Assembly (NCBI GenBank): GCA_964528805.1
Contig: CAZGWS010000003.1
Span: forward strand, 1-42,428
DNA from: an uncultured Lentimicrobiaceae bacterium
GTDB lineage: Bacteria > Bacteroidota > Bacteroidia > Bacteroidales > F082
Direction: 5' to 3'
Length of the DNA stretch: 42,428 nucleotides
How positions within the stretch are numbered: position 1 is the first letter of the stretch; each line of letters begins with the position of its first letter. The translations under genes were made by a program, and so were the position numbers. Below the pieces are notes generated by a model. The model ran no database searches. It had not been told where the DNA came from and saw only the letters and a list, made by a program, of their open reading frames with translations. Below are positions 9,355 to 18,405 of this stretch, one piece after another.

Positions 9355-11163
9355 TTAGTTTAACAGCTTAGCCTTACGTTTACGATCGGTTTCATTTAGT
9401 AATATTTTCCTCAGTCTGAGCGATCGAGGTGTGATTTCGAGATACTCATCAGGGCGGATAACTTCCATATATTCTTCAAGTGAAAATTTAATTGGAGGAG
9501 GAACAAGAACTTTGTCATCAGATCCTGAGGAGCGCATATTTGACAGTTTCTTCGTTTTGTTAACATTCACCACCATATCTTTGCTGCGAGTATTTTCGCC
9601 AATTACCTGTCCGGCATAAACTTCCACGTTTGTGTTGATGTAAAATTTACCTCTATCAATGAGTTTAAAAATCGCAAATGGTATAGCTGTGCCGGTTTCC
9701 ATTGATATAAGGGCTCCATTATTACGAGTTCTGATTTCACCTTTATAAGGTTCAAATTTTTCAAAGCGATGAGCTATTATTGCTTCCCCCTCTGTGGAAG
9801 TTAAAACAACATTTCGCAGACCAATAATACCTCGTGAGGGAATATTAAACTCTAAAATTATTCTATCATTTTTAGTTTCCATATTTAAAAATTCACCTTT
9901 ACGCAGGGTAACAATATCAATCACTTTTCCTGAGAAATTTTCAGGTACCAGAACGGTAAGACTTTCTATAGGTTCATGTTTTACACCATCAATCTCTTTA
10001 ATGATAACTTTTGGTTGTCCAAGTTGAAACTCATAACCTTCACGCCTCATTGTTTCCACAAGTATTGACAAATGAAGGATACCTCTTCCAAACACCTGAT
10101 ACGAATCGGATGAATCGGTTTCTTTAACTTTAAGAGCCAGGTTTTTCTCTGTTTCATGAAATAGCCTATCCCGTAAATGCCTTGATGTTACGTACTTACC
10201 TTCCTTACCAAAAAATGGTGAGTTATTAATTGTAAACAACATGCTCATTGTAGGCTCATCAATATTTATTGGAGGCAGGCCTTCCGGATTTTCTGCATCA
10301 GCAATAGTATCACCAATTTCAAAACCTTCAATACCCATTATGGCAACTATATCACCGGCGTTCACTTCAACCTTACATTTTTCTTTTCCAAGCCCTTCAA
10401 ATAGATAAAGTTCTTTTATCTTTTGCTTTATAATACTCCCATTTCTTTTTACCAGCGATACATTCATACCAACCTTTAGAGAACCTCTGTAAAGCTTTCC
10501 TACTGCTATTCTGCCAACATATGAAGAGTAATCCATAGATGTAATTTGCATTTGGGTAGTGCCTTCAATAAATTTGGCTGGTGGTATATGTTCAATAATC
10601 TCATCTAATAAATATGAAACATTATCAGTCGGATTTTGCCAATCTTCAGCCATCCAGCCTTCCTTTGATGATCCGTAAACTACAGGGAAATCCAGTTGTT
10701 CTTCTGTTGCACCAAGGTTAAACATTAAATCAAAAACGGCTTCATAAACCTCGTCGGGGCGACAATTAGGCTTGTCAACTTTATTAATTACAACAATTGG
10801 TTTCAGTCCTAAATCAATAGCTTTTTGCAGAACAAATCTGGTTTGCGGCATAGGTCCCTCAAAAGCATCCACCAGCAGCAGCACACCATCTGCCATATTT
10901 AACACACGTTCAACTTCACCTCCAAAATCAGAGTGTCCGGGTGTGTCAATAATATTAATTTTAACATCTTTATATCTAACTGAAACATTTTTTGAGAGTA
11001 TTGTTATTCCACGTTCACGCTCAAGATCGTTGCTATCAAGTATAAGTTCGCCTACTTCCTGATTATCTCTAAATAGTTTTACCTGATGAAGCATCCTGTC
11101 AACCAGCGTAGTTTTCCCGTGATCAACATGAGCAATTATGGCTATATTCCTAATATTATGCAT
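9355..11163 (-). CDS. typA: Translational GTPase TypA/BipA
   Basis: G motifs AHVDHGKTT, DTPGH and NKVD. The 602-aa length and EF-G-like layout with a BipA-type C-terminus fit TypA. Confidence 0.95.
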   Translation of the reverse strand: MHNIRNIAIIAHVDHGKTTLVDRMLHQVKLFRDNQEVGELILDSNDLERERGITILSKNVSVRYKDVKINIIDTPGHSDFGGEVERVLNMADGVLLLVDAFEGPMPQTRFVLQKAIDLGLKPIVVINKVDKPNCRPDEVYEAVFDLMFNLGATEEQLDFPVVYGSSKEGWMAEDWQNPTDNVSYLLDEIIEHIPPAKFIEGTTQMQITSMDYSSYVGRIAVGKLYRGSLKVGMNVSLVKRNGSIIKQKIKELYLFEGLGKEKCKVEVNAGDIVAIMGIEGFEIGDTIADAENPEGLPPINIDEPTMSMLFTINNSPFFGKEGKYVTSRHLRDRLFHETEKNLALKVKETDSSDSYQVFGRGILHLSILVETMRREGYEFQLGQPKVIIKEIDGVKHEPIESLTVLVPENFSGKVIDIVTLRKGEFLNMETKNDRIILEFNIPSRGIIGLRNVVLTSTEGEAIIAHRFEKFEPYKGEIRTRNNGALISMETGTAIPFAIFKLIDRGKFYINTNVEVYAGQVIGENTRSKDMVVNVNKTKKLSNMRSSGSDDKVLVPPPIKFSLEEYMEVIRPDEYLEITPRSLRLRKILLNETDRKRKAKLLN

Positions 11164-11188
11164 ATTATTATTTTATAAATTTGGGCTG

Positions 11189-11196
11189 CAAAAGTA
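11189..11196 (-). promoter_or_regulatory. Candidate -7 promoter box (TACTTTTG on - strand) for typA
   Basis: CAAAAGTA on the + strand is TAnnTTTG on the - strand, 25 nt upstream of the typA ATG. A + strand TAAATTTG at 11176..11183 faces the divergent GIN-domain gene. Confidence 0.3.
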
Positions 11197-11282
11197 ATAC
11201 TTATTTATTTAACTATTTGTACCCCGAAATTATCAAAAAATGAACTATGTTTGTGTTGTTAATATTATTAAAATCTCAGATT

Positions 11283-11996
11283 ATGAAGTATTTGAAAATA
11301 AGTAATTATTTGATCCTGATAAGTTTGATAGTCAGCTTAATATCATGTGAAAATTGTATTGAACCAACAGGTACGCTAAAAAATCGAACACTAAAAGTGG
11401 AATCATTCTCAAAGTTGAATGTTGATATTCCTGCAAATGTTAAGTTAACGATGGGCGACAGTGTCCTTATTAATATCTCTGCTCCCGAATCAGTTATAAA
11501 AAATATTTCAACGTCAGTAAGAAGAGGCAAATTAAATATTGAAGGCAACATCTGCGGAAGCAAAAACAATAAAATTAATATTGAGATAACGACACCAAAC
11601 ATTTCAGCCATAAATATAAGTGGAAGTGCTGACGTTTTCTCTCAAACGCCATTTAAAACTGATAAATTAGTTTTAAATGTTTCTGGGTCAGGTAGTATTC
11701 AGCTAAATACCTTCTCCAATAGCATTACTGCTGAAATTAGCGGTTCAGGAGATATTATGCTAAGTGGAACGGCGCAAAAGTTAGGTGTAGAAATTTCAGG
11801 CTCCGGATCGTTTAAAGGCTTAGGGTTAAATACATACACTGCAAGCATTAGTATTTCAGGTTCGGGTGATGCAAGTACTACAGTTTTAAATAACCTTAAC
11901 GCAAAAGTTACCGGAAGTGGGCATATTAATTACTCGGGCGAACCAAAACTAAATGCCAAGGTAACCGGTAGTGGGAATGTAACTAAGATAAATTAG
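11283..11996 (+). CDS. DUF2807 / head GIN domain lipoprotein (putative adhesin-like beta-helix)
   Basis: Lipobox in MKYLKISNYLILISLIVSLISC. Repeated SGSG(D/S)I/F strands (ISGSADV, VSGSGSI, ISGSGDI, ISGSGSF, ISGSGDA, VTGSGHI, VTGSGNV). The track start at 11247 adds 12 aa; the ATG at 11283 gives a canonical signal peptide. Confidence 0.65.
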   Translation: MKYLKISNYLILISLIVSLISCENCIEPTGTLKNRTLKVESFSKLNVDIPANVKLTMGDSVLINISAPESVIKNISTSVRRGKLNIEGNICGSKNNKINIEITTPNISAINISGSADVFSQTPFKTDKLVLNVSGSGSIQLNTFSNSITAEISGSGDIMLSGTAQKLGVEISGSGSFKGLGLNTYTASISISGSGDASTTVLNNLNAKVTGSGHINYSGEPKLNAKVTGSGNVTKIN

Positions 11997-12060
11997 TGTT
12001 AAATGCATTATATAAGTAATAAATAATTTCTATTGTCGTTTAAATACAAAATCAACAACA

Positions 12061-13119
12061 TTGTCTGTGAAAAAAATATCATACCCATTAATAATTATCT
12101 TCCTTATTTTGTCAAGTTTCGGCTACTCTCAAATTGGAGGAACAACAGGATATCAATTTCTTGAGCAGCCTATTTCTGCACGAATTGCTGCTCTCGGCGG
12201 TAATACTGCTGCAATTAACGATAACGATTTGAATATTGGATTCGTAAACCCTTCGCTTATCAGACCGGGAATGGATAACAGTTTGGCTCTTAATTATATA
12301 CACTTCTTTACCGGCACAAACTACAACAGCATTCAGTATGCAAATACTTTTAATAAAGTTGGCAGTTTTATGGGTACTTTACAATTTATGGACTATGGCA
12401 AGATTGATTATGCTGATGAAAATGGTAATTTAGGTGGCACTTTTGGTGCTTACGATATGGCAATTACTATTGGTTGGGGGCGTCAATTAGACTCATTATT
12501 TTCTATAGGTGCAGCTGCGAAGATGATTTACTCATCTTATGAGTCTTATCATTCATTTGGAATGGCGGTAGATGTCGCCGGAACATATCAATCAAAATCA
12601 GGATGGACGATGTCGCTTGTCGGACGTAATATTGGTGTACAAATAACGCCATATCTTCCCGGAGGCAAAAGAGCTCCTCTGCCTTTCGACCTTCAATATG
12701 CAGTTTCAAAACGGCTTGACCATGTGCCATTTAGGTTTTCTTTAATTTATGATCACATTGAGAAGTGGAATTTATCTTATGACGATCCGGCTAATCCATC
12801 AAATGGATTTGACCCAATTAGCGGTGATCCCAAATACAAAACAGGGTTTTCTAAATTTGGAGATCAGCTTATGAGACATATTATTTTTGGTACCGAACTT
12901 TACATTGGTAAAAATCTAATTCTTAGAGGTGGTTATAATTATCGCCGCAGGCAGGAGATGAAAATTAACGATAAAACTGCTATGGTGGGTTTTAGCTGGG
13001 GGTTTGGAATACGTATCTATAAATTTAGAATTAATTATTCGAGGGTAACTTATAGCTTAGCAGGTTCACCTAATTACCTTACAATTGCCTTTAATCTTGA
13101 CTCTTTTTTGAAAAAATAA
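12061..13119 (+). CDS. porQ: PorQ / PorP-SprF family T9SS-associated outer-membrane beta-barrel protein
   Basis: The signal peptide, then GGTTGYQFLEQPISARIAALGGN...NPSLI near the N-terminus, and the ~350-aa size match my recollection of PorQ. The frame opens with TTG at 12061 (GTG at 12067), with no ATG nearby. Confidence 0.55.
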   Translation: MSVKKISYPLIIIFLILSSFGYSQIGGTTGYQFLEQPISARIAALGGNTAAINDNDLNIGFVNPSLIRPGMDNSLALNYIHFFTGTNYNSIQYANTFNKVGSFMGTLQFMDYGKIDYADENGNLGGTFGAYDMAITIGWGRQLDSLFSIGAAAKMIYSSYESYHSFGMAVDVAGTYQSKSGWTMSLVGRNIGVQITPYLPGGKRAPLPFDLQYAVSKRLDHVPFRFSLIYDHIEKWNLSYDDPANPSNGFDPISGDPKYKTGFSKFGDQLMRHIIFGTELYIGKNLILRGGYNYRRRQEMKINDKTAMVGFSWGFGIRIYKFRINYSRVTYSLAGSPNYLTIAFNLDSFLKK

Positions 13120-13179
13120 TTTCTATATTTCATTATTTCATAATATTATTTAATTTAGCTTGAAAATTAAACTTGAAAT

Positions 13180-14274
13180 ATGAAAAAAATTATACTGTTA
13201 GTTTCTGCACTTTTGATTTTCTGTAGCGTGTACTCACAGGAATATCTTGCCCGAGCTCGTAAGGAAAAAGAGTGGGGTTGTATTAATACCGATGGATCAT
13301 GGGCAATAAATCCGCAATTTGAACATATTCATGATTTTAGTGAAGGCCTTGCCGCAGTTCGAAAAAACGGCGAATGGGGCTTTGTTAATGCTTCGGGGAC
13401 GTTTGTTGTAAATCCGCAATTCACTGCTGCTCATGATTTCAATGATGGTTATGCAGCTGTGAGAAAAGAGAAAAAATGGGGATTTATTAATAAAAAAGGC
13501 AGCTGGGTAATAAACCCACAGTTTGAAAGTGTAAAAGATTTTGATGATGGTTTAGCAGCCGTAAAATCAGGCGGTGAATGGGGATTTGTAAACTCATCGG
13601 GAATCTATGAAATAAATCCACAGTTTAGTAAAGTTAATAATTTTGTTGAAGGAATGTCTTGCGTTCTTAAAGATAAACAGTGGGGATATATAGATAAAAA
13701 AGGAACGTGGATAATAAATCCGCAGTTTGATGACGCAATGAGCTTCAAAAGTGGTATGGCTCGCATCCGAAAAGGATCGGATTGGGGAGTAATCGATACA
13801 AAAGGAAAATACATCATCAACCCGCAATTTATAAGAATTCTTGAGTTCACAAACGGTATAGCTGCGGTTAGAAAAGGTAAAGAATGGGGCTTTATTGACA
13901 TAAAAGGTAATTATATTATTAACCCGCAGTTTCAAAATGTACATCCTTTTAGTGATGGATTAGCTGCAGTAAAAAAAGGTAAAGAATGGGGATTTATTAA
14001 CAACAAAGGCAGTTATAATATAAATCCTCAATTTGTTAATATAGAGGATTTTAATGATGCATTGGCTGCTGCAAGAAAGGGAAAAGATTGGGGCTTTATT
14101 GATGAAAAAGGCAAGTGGGTGGTTAATCCACAATACGAAAGAGTGAGGAAGTTTGAAAATGATATGGCGATGGTGAAGAAAAACGGTCAATGGGGCTGGA
14201 TTAATAAATCGGGGACATATGTAATAAACCCTCAATTTCCAAACGCATTTCCATTTGTGAAAGTTGATAATTAA
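13180..14274 (+). CDS. WG (KWG) repeat-containing secreted protein
   Basis: Signal peptide MKKIILLVSALLIFCSVYSQ, followed by ten 34-aa units of the form (E/K)WGFI(N/D)..G..(V/I)INPQF.....F..G(L/Y)AAV(R/K)K. Confidence 0.85.
   Translation: MKKIILLVSALLIFCSVYSQEYLARARKEKEWGCINTDGSWAINPQFEHIHDFSEGLAAVRKNGEWGFVNASGTFVVNPQFTAAHDFNDGYAAVRKEKKWGFINKKGSWVINPQFESVKDFDDGLAAVKSGGEWGFVNSSGIYEINPQFSKVNNFVEGMSCVLKDKQWGYIDKKGTWIINPQFDDAMSFKSGMARIRKGSDWGVIDTKGKYIINPQFIRILEFTNGIAAVRKGKEWGFIDIKGNYIINPQFQNVHPFSDGLAAVKKGKEWGFINNKGSYNINPQFVNIEDFNDALAAARKGKDWGFIDEKGKWVVNPQYERVRKFENDMAMVKKNGQWGWINKSGTYVINPQFPNAFPFVKVDN
13243..14271 (+). repeat. Coding tandem repeat, 10 units with a 102-nt (34-codon) period
   Basis: The Trp of the WG dipeptide recurs at residues 32, 66, 100 and 134. 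These four were counted directly; the rest continue at the same spacing, extrapolated to 338. The units are diverged at the nucleotide level. Confidence 0.8.
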
Positions 14275-14297
14275 ACATATAATAACAGTTAAGTTCA

Positions 14298-15413
14298 ATG
14301 TTTTTACAGCAATTATTACTTACGAACTTTAAAAATTATTCTGAAACAAATCTTGATTTTAGCGATAAGGTGAATTGTTTTGTTGGTAATAATGGGGCAG
14401 GCAAAACAAATATACTTGATGCAATTTATTACCTGTCATTCTGCAAAAGCTATTTTAATACGGTTGATTCACAGAATATTAAGCATGATAGTGATTTTTT
14501 TGCAATCCATGGAAAATATCAAAATCAGGAAAATAGCTCTGACAAAGTAAGCTGTATCCAAAAAAGAAATCATAAAAAAATATTTAGGTTAAATACAAAC
14601 ACATACAGTCGGCTTGCCGACCACATTGGTACTATTCCACTCGTGATGATTTCACCTTACGATCGTGATTTGATAAACGATGGCAGCGAGTTGCGTCGTA
14701 AATATATAAATGGAGTAATATCGCAGTTTGACAAGGTTTATTTGAATGATGTAATTAGCTACAACAAGGTGTTGCTACAGCGGAATGTATTGCTAAAACA
14801 AATGTTTGATGCAAGGTTCTTTGACGCTAATGCTTTGGAGATATGGAATAAAAAACTCATTAAACACGGTGAAATAATATTTGAAAAACGTATTGACTTC
14901 CTTAACAAATTTAATCCCTTATTTGAAGAATATTATAAGTTTCTTGCCGGCGGCGATGAAAAAGTGAATATTACTTATGAATCACAACTTCACAATAATA
15001 CTCTTGCTACTTTACTCAAGACTTCGATAGAAAAAGATAAGATAACAAGATACACAACATGTGGAATCCACAAGGACGATTTAATCTTTACCATAAATGG
15101 ATATCCTGTTAAGAAATTTGCATCACAAGGTCAGCAAAAATCGTTTGTAATAGCAATTAAATTAGCTCAGTTTGAGTTTACAAGACGTGTGAAATCGTTT
15201 AAACCTATTCTTCTATTTGATGATATTTTTGATAAACTTGACGATAACAGAGTAACTCAAATCATCCAGCTTGTAAGCGAAAATAACTTTGGACAGGTAT
15301 TTATTACCGATACTCAGCAACAACGCATTGAGAAAATTTTTAAAATGGTTGATATAGACCACCGTATTTTTAACGTTATTGATGGAAATGTATTGTTAAA
15401 CAGCCCATTATAA
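14298..15413 (+). CDS. recF: DNA replication and repair protein RecF
   Basis: Walker A GNNGAGKTNILDAIYYL, an ABC signature-like SQGQQKS, and Walker B LLFDDIFDKLD. 371 aa. Confidence 0.93.
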   Translation: MFLQQLLLTNFKNYSETNLDFSDKVNCFVGNNGAGKTNILDAIYYLSFCKSYFNTVDSQNIKHDSDFFAIHGKYQNQENSSDKVSCIQKRNHKKIFRLNTNTYSRLADHIGTIPLVMISPYDRDLINDGSELRRKYINGVISQFDKVYLNDVISYNKVLLQRNVLLKQMFDARFFDANALEIWNKKLIKHGEIIFEKRIDFLNKFNPLFEEYYKFLAGGDEKVNITYESQLHNNTLATLLKTSIEKDKITRYTTCGIHKDDLIFTINGYPVKKFASQGQQKSFVIAIKLAQFEFTRRVKSFKPILLFDDIFDKLDDNRVTQIIQLVSENNFGQVFITDTQQQRIEKIFKMVDIDHRIFNVIDGNVLLNSPL

Positions 15414-15414
15414 G

Positions 15415-15708
15415 ATGAGAAAGAATAAGTACGATAATAAATTGGGCGATGTCTTACAGCAGCTTTTTGATGCCTACGGGTGGACGGAGAAAATGGATGG
15501 TGTACGTATTACCAACTCATGGGAAAGTATCGTAGGTGGCATCTTTGCAAAACACACCACAAACATGTATGTAAAAAATAAAAAATTATTCGTCTTCCTT
15601 GACTCATCAATACTTAGAAATGAATTGTATATGGAACGCAGTAAGATTGTTAAAAAATTAAATTCCGCTATCGGCAAAAATGTCATCACCGAAATTGTAT
15701 TTGGATAG
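15415..15708 (+). CDS. DUF721 (DciA-like) domain protein
   Basis: 97 aa starting 1 nt after the recF stop. The W..IVG...A.HT.........L.V...S......L pattern and the post-recF position are typical of DUF721. Confidence 0.75.
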   Translation: MRKNKYDNKLGDVLQQLFDAYGWTEKMDGVRITNSWESIVGGIFAKHTTNMYVKNKKLFVFLDSSILRNELYMERSKIVKKLNSAIGKNVITEIVFG

Positions 15709-15784
15709 TAGTTGGCAGTTATGTAAAATAACATTTCAAAACCTTTGATAAAGACACATAAAAGAAAACATAACAGACAAAAAC

Positions 15785-16603
15785 ATGTTACAAAAAATTG
15801 AAGAAGCAATAACTTATCTTAAAAGTAAGATAAGTACAACTTCCAAACCACAGATAGGTATTATTTTGGGGACAGGATTAGGCAGCTTGGTAAACCATAT
15901 TGATATTACAGAAATCATTGACTATACTGATATTCCAAACTTCCCTGAAGCTACTGTTGAATCACATTCAGGTAAATTGATTTTTGGAACTATGCAAGAC
16001 AAAAAAGTTGTAGTGATGAGTGGCAGGTTCCACTTTTACGAAGGCTACAGCCTGCAACAGGTTACATTTCCTGTGCGTGTAATGAAGGTGCTTGGAATTA
16101 CCACTTTGCTGGTATCAAATGCCTGTGGCGGAATTAACCCTGACTTTAAGCCTGCATCTTTAATGATAATTGACGATCACATAAATATGTTGCCTGGAAA
16201 TCCATTAGTAGGGAAAAATTATTCAAAATTAGGTCCCCGTTTTGTTGACATGAGTTCGCCGTACGATGTCGAACTTATTGTAAAAATGGAAAAAATAGCC
16301 AAAAAGCTTCATATTACAATAAACAAAGGCGTTTATGTGGCATGGATTGGTCCAAGTTTAGAGACCAAAGCGGAATATCGTTTTATTAAAATAATGGGTG
16401 CCGATGTTGTAGGCATGTCAACGGTGCCGGAGGTAATTGTAGCAGTTCATATGGGTATAAAAGTCGCTGCCGTTTCGGTAGTTACCGACTTATGCGATCC
16501 TGATAACCTTAAACCTGTAGTTATTGAAGACATACTTAACAATGCCGCAATTGCTGAGAAAGACCTTATTTTACTTTTTAAAGAGTTGGTTGCGGAGTTG
16601 TAA
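15785..16603 (+). CDS. Purine nucleoside phosphorylase (trimeric PNP/MTAP family)
   Basis: Motifs GRFHFYEGY, NACGGINP and GADVVGMSTVPEV. 272 aa. Confidence 0.85.
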   Translation: MLQKIEEAITYLKSKISTTSKPQIGIILGTGLGSLVNHIDITEIIDYTDIPNFPEATVESHSGKLIFGTMQDKKVVVMSGRFHFYEGYSLQQVTFPVRVMKVLGITTLLVSNACGGINPDFKPASLMIIDDHINMLPGNPLVGKNYSKLGPRFVDMSSPYDVELIVKMEKIAKKLHITINKGVYVAWIGPSLETKAEYRFIKIMGADVVGMSTVPEVIVAVHMGIKVAAVSVVTDLCDPDNLKPVVIEDILNNAAIAEKDLILLFKELVAEL

Positions 16604-16697
16604 AGATGCAAATATTAGCTATTAAATTAGTTACTATCACACAGTATAATATTTAGCCGCTTATAAATCCCGAAAAGCTGATAACAAATATTTTTTG

Positions 16698-16705
16698 TAC
16701 TTTTG
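16698..16705 (+). promoter_or_regulatory. Candidate -7 promoter box (TACTTTTG) for the acyl-CoA ligase gene
   Basis: Exact TAnnTTTG match, 21 nt upstream of the ATG at 16727. Confidence 0.3.
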
Positions 16706-16726
16706 TAAGCTTATGATATAAAGTAC

Positions 16727-18397
16727 ATGAAAAATAACACCACTTTTACCTTTCCCGGATTATTAGAGAGCACAATTTCCAAATTTGGTATGCGTCCGGC
16801 GTATGCTTATGTTGGCGATAAGCCAATAACGTATAATGAGGTTGCTGACAGCATTAAAGCTGTTATCGCTTTACTTGAAAAATTTGATATAAAAAAAGGA
16901 GACAAAGTTGGCTTGTTAAGCTCAAATATGCCTCACTGGGGGATTACTTACTTTGCCATTACTTCAATGGGGGCTGTTGTTGTTCCCATGCTACCTGACT
17001 TTAGCAAATCAGAAGTAACTAATATCATTAAGCACTCTGAGATGCAGACTATTTTTATTTCTAACAACTTGCTAAAAAAAGTTACTGAAAATGAGGATAT
17101 TAGTATTGCTAACATTATTGGTATTGAGGATTTTAATTTGATAAAGTCATCTAAAAATATAAAATTCGTCGCCGATGCTGTTCCTGTAGTTACTTACAAA
17201 GTTGAAGACTCTGATATGGCTTCTATAATATACACATCCGGTACAACCGGAAAGTCGAAGGGTGTTATGTTATCACACAAAAACATTAGCTTTACAGCTA
17301 TTAAAAGCCGCATTATTCAGCCTGTTAACGATAAAGACAGATTCTTGTCGGTATTACCTCTGTCGCACAGTTACGAAAATACTTTAGGGCTAATATTGCC
17401 TCTACTTGGTGGTGCTTGTGTGTACTACTTAAAAAAGCCACCCACTCCGGCAGTATTATTACCCGCACTAAAGCAAGTACGCCCAACAATAATGCTTACT
17501 GTTCCGCTTATTATTGAAAAAATATACAGAGGAAAAGTACTTCATGCTTTTAATGACAAACTGATTACACGTGTTTTGTATAGGATTCCGATTATGCATA
17601 CAAGATTAAACCGTCTTGCCGGGAAAAAGTTGCTAAGAACCTTTGGAGGAGAGCTGAAATTCTTCGGAATTGGAGGTGCTAAATTAAATAAAGAAGTAGA
17701 GAAGTTTCTACTGGAGGCTAAATTTCCATATGCTATTGGCTATGGTTTAACTGAGACGTCTCCCCTACTTGCCGGTGTACAACCCGGAAAAACAAAACTG
17801 CAATCTACAGGTCCAAAATTAGAAGGTATTCAACTAAAAATTCATGATGCCGGAAAATACACAGGTGAAGGGGAAATATGGGCAAAAGGACCAAACGTGA
17901 TGATGGGATATTACAAGGAGCCCGAATTAACCAAGGAGGTATTGACAGAGGATGGTTGGTTTAAAACCGGAGATTTAGGACTGTTTGATGAGAATAACTA
18001 CCTGTATATCAGAGGAAGAAGCAAGAATGTAATTATTGGAGCAAGTGGCGAAAATATTTTTCCGGAAGATATAGAGTCTATAATTAACAACTTTAAGCAT
18101 GTAGTTGAGTCGTTGGTAATGCAACAAAAAGGAAAACTTGTAGCTTTAGTTCACTTTAACCGAGAAGAAGTTGAGAACCAATTTAAAAATATTAAAGAGG
18201 GGGTTTCGCAAGCTATTGACCAAAAGTACGAAGATCTTAAAAATGAATTAAGGTTATATGTTAATGAAAAAGTTAACAGATTCTCAAAAATTCAAATTGT
18301 TGAAATAGTAAAGGATGAATTTGAAAAGACAGCCACAAAAAAGATAAAACGTTTTGTGTATGTGTTAAATAAAAGTATAAAGAAGAAATCGGAATAG
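16727..18397 (+). CDS. AMP-dependent synthetase / long-chain fatty-acid--CoA ligase
   Basis: AMP-binding signature IIYTSGTTGKSKGVMLSHKN, plus GYGLTETS and the KTGDLG motif. 556 aa. Confidence 0.85.
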   Translation: MKNNTTFTFPGLLESTISKFGMRPAYAYVGDKPITYNEVADSIKAVIALLEKFDIKKGDKVGLLSSNMPHWGITYFAITSMGAVVVPMLPDFSKSEVTNIIKHSEMQTIFISNNLLKKVTENEDISIANIIGIEDFNLIKSSKNIKFVADAVPVVTYKVEDSDMASIIYTSGTTGKSKGVMLSHKNISFTAIKSRIIQPVNDKDRFLSVLPLSHSYENTLGLILPLLGGACVYYLKKPPTPAVLLPALKQVRPTIMLTVPLIIEKIYRGKVLHAFNDKLITRVLYRIPIMHTRLNRLAGKKLLRTFGGELKFFGIGGAKLNKEVEKFLLEAKFPYAIGYGLTETSPLLAGVQPGKTKLQSTGPKLEGIQLKIHDAGKYTGEGEIWAKGPNVMMGYYKEPELTKEVLTEDGWFKTGDLGLFDENNYLYIRGRSKNVIIGASGENIFPEDIESIINNFKHVVESLVMQQKGKLVALVHFNREEVENQFKNIKEGVSQAIDQKYEDLKNELRLYVNEKVNRFSKIQIVEIVKDEFEKTATKKIKRFVYVLNKSIKKKSE

Positions 18398-18405
18398 ACG
18401 TAGCT

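Noticed and set aside
13243-14271. A regular 102-nt periodicity that could superficially suggest a repeat array or CRISPR.
   Set aside because: The period lies entirely inside one continuous reading frame and encodes the WG repeat. The units are diverged, there is no repeat/spacer alternation, and no cas genes are present.
17560-17580. Searched for a parS-like site (TGTTNCACGTGNAACA) near or beyond parAB. The only CACGTG core I noticed is at 17568..17573.
   Set aside because: The flanks (GATTA / TTTTG) do not match the parS arms, and the site lies inside the acyl-CoA ligase coding sequence. I could not confirm any parS by eye.
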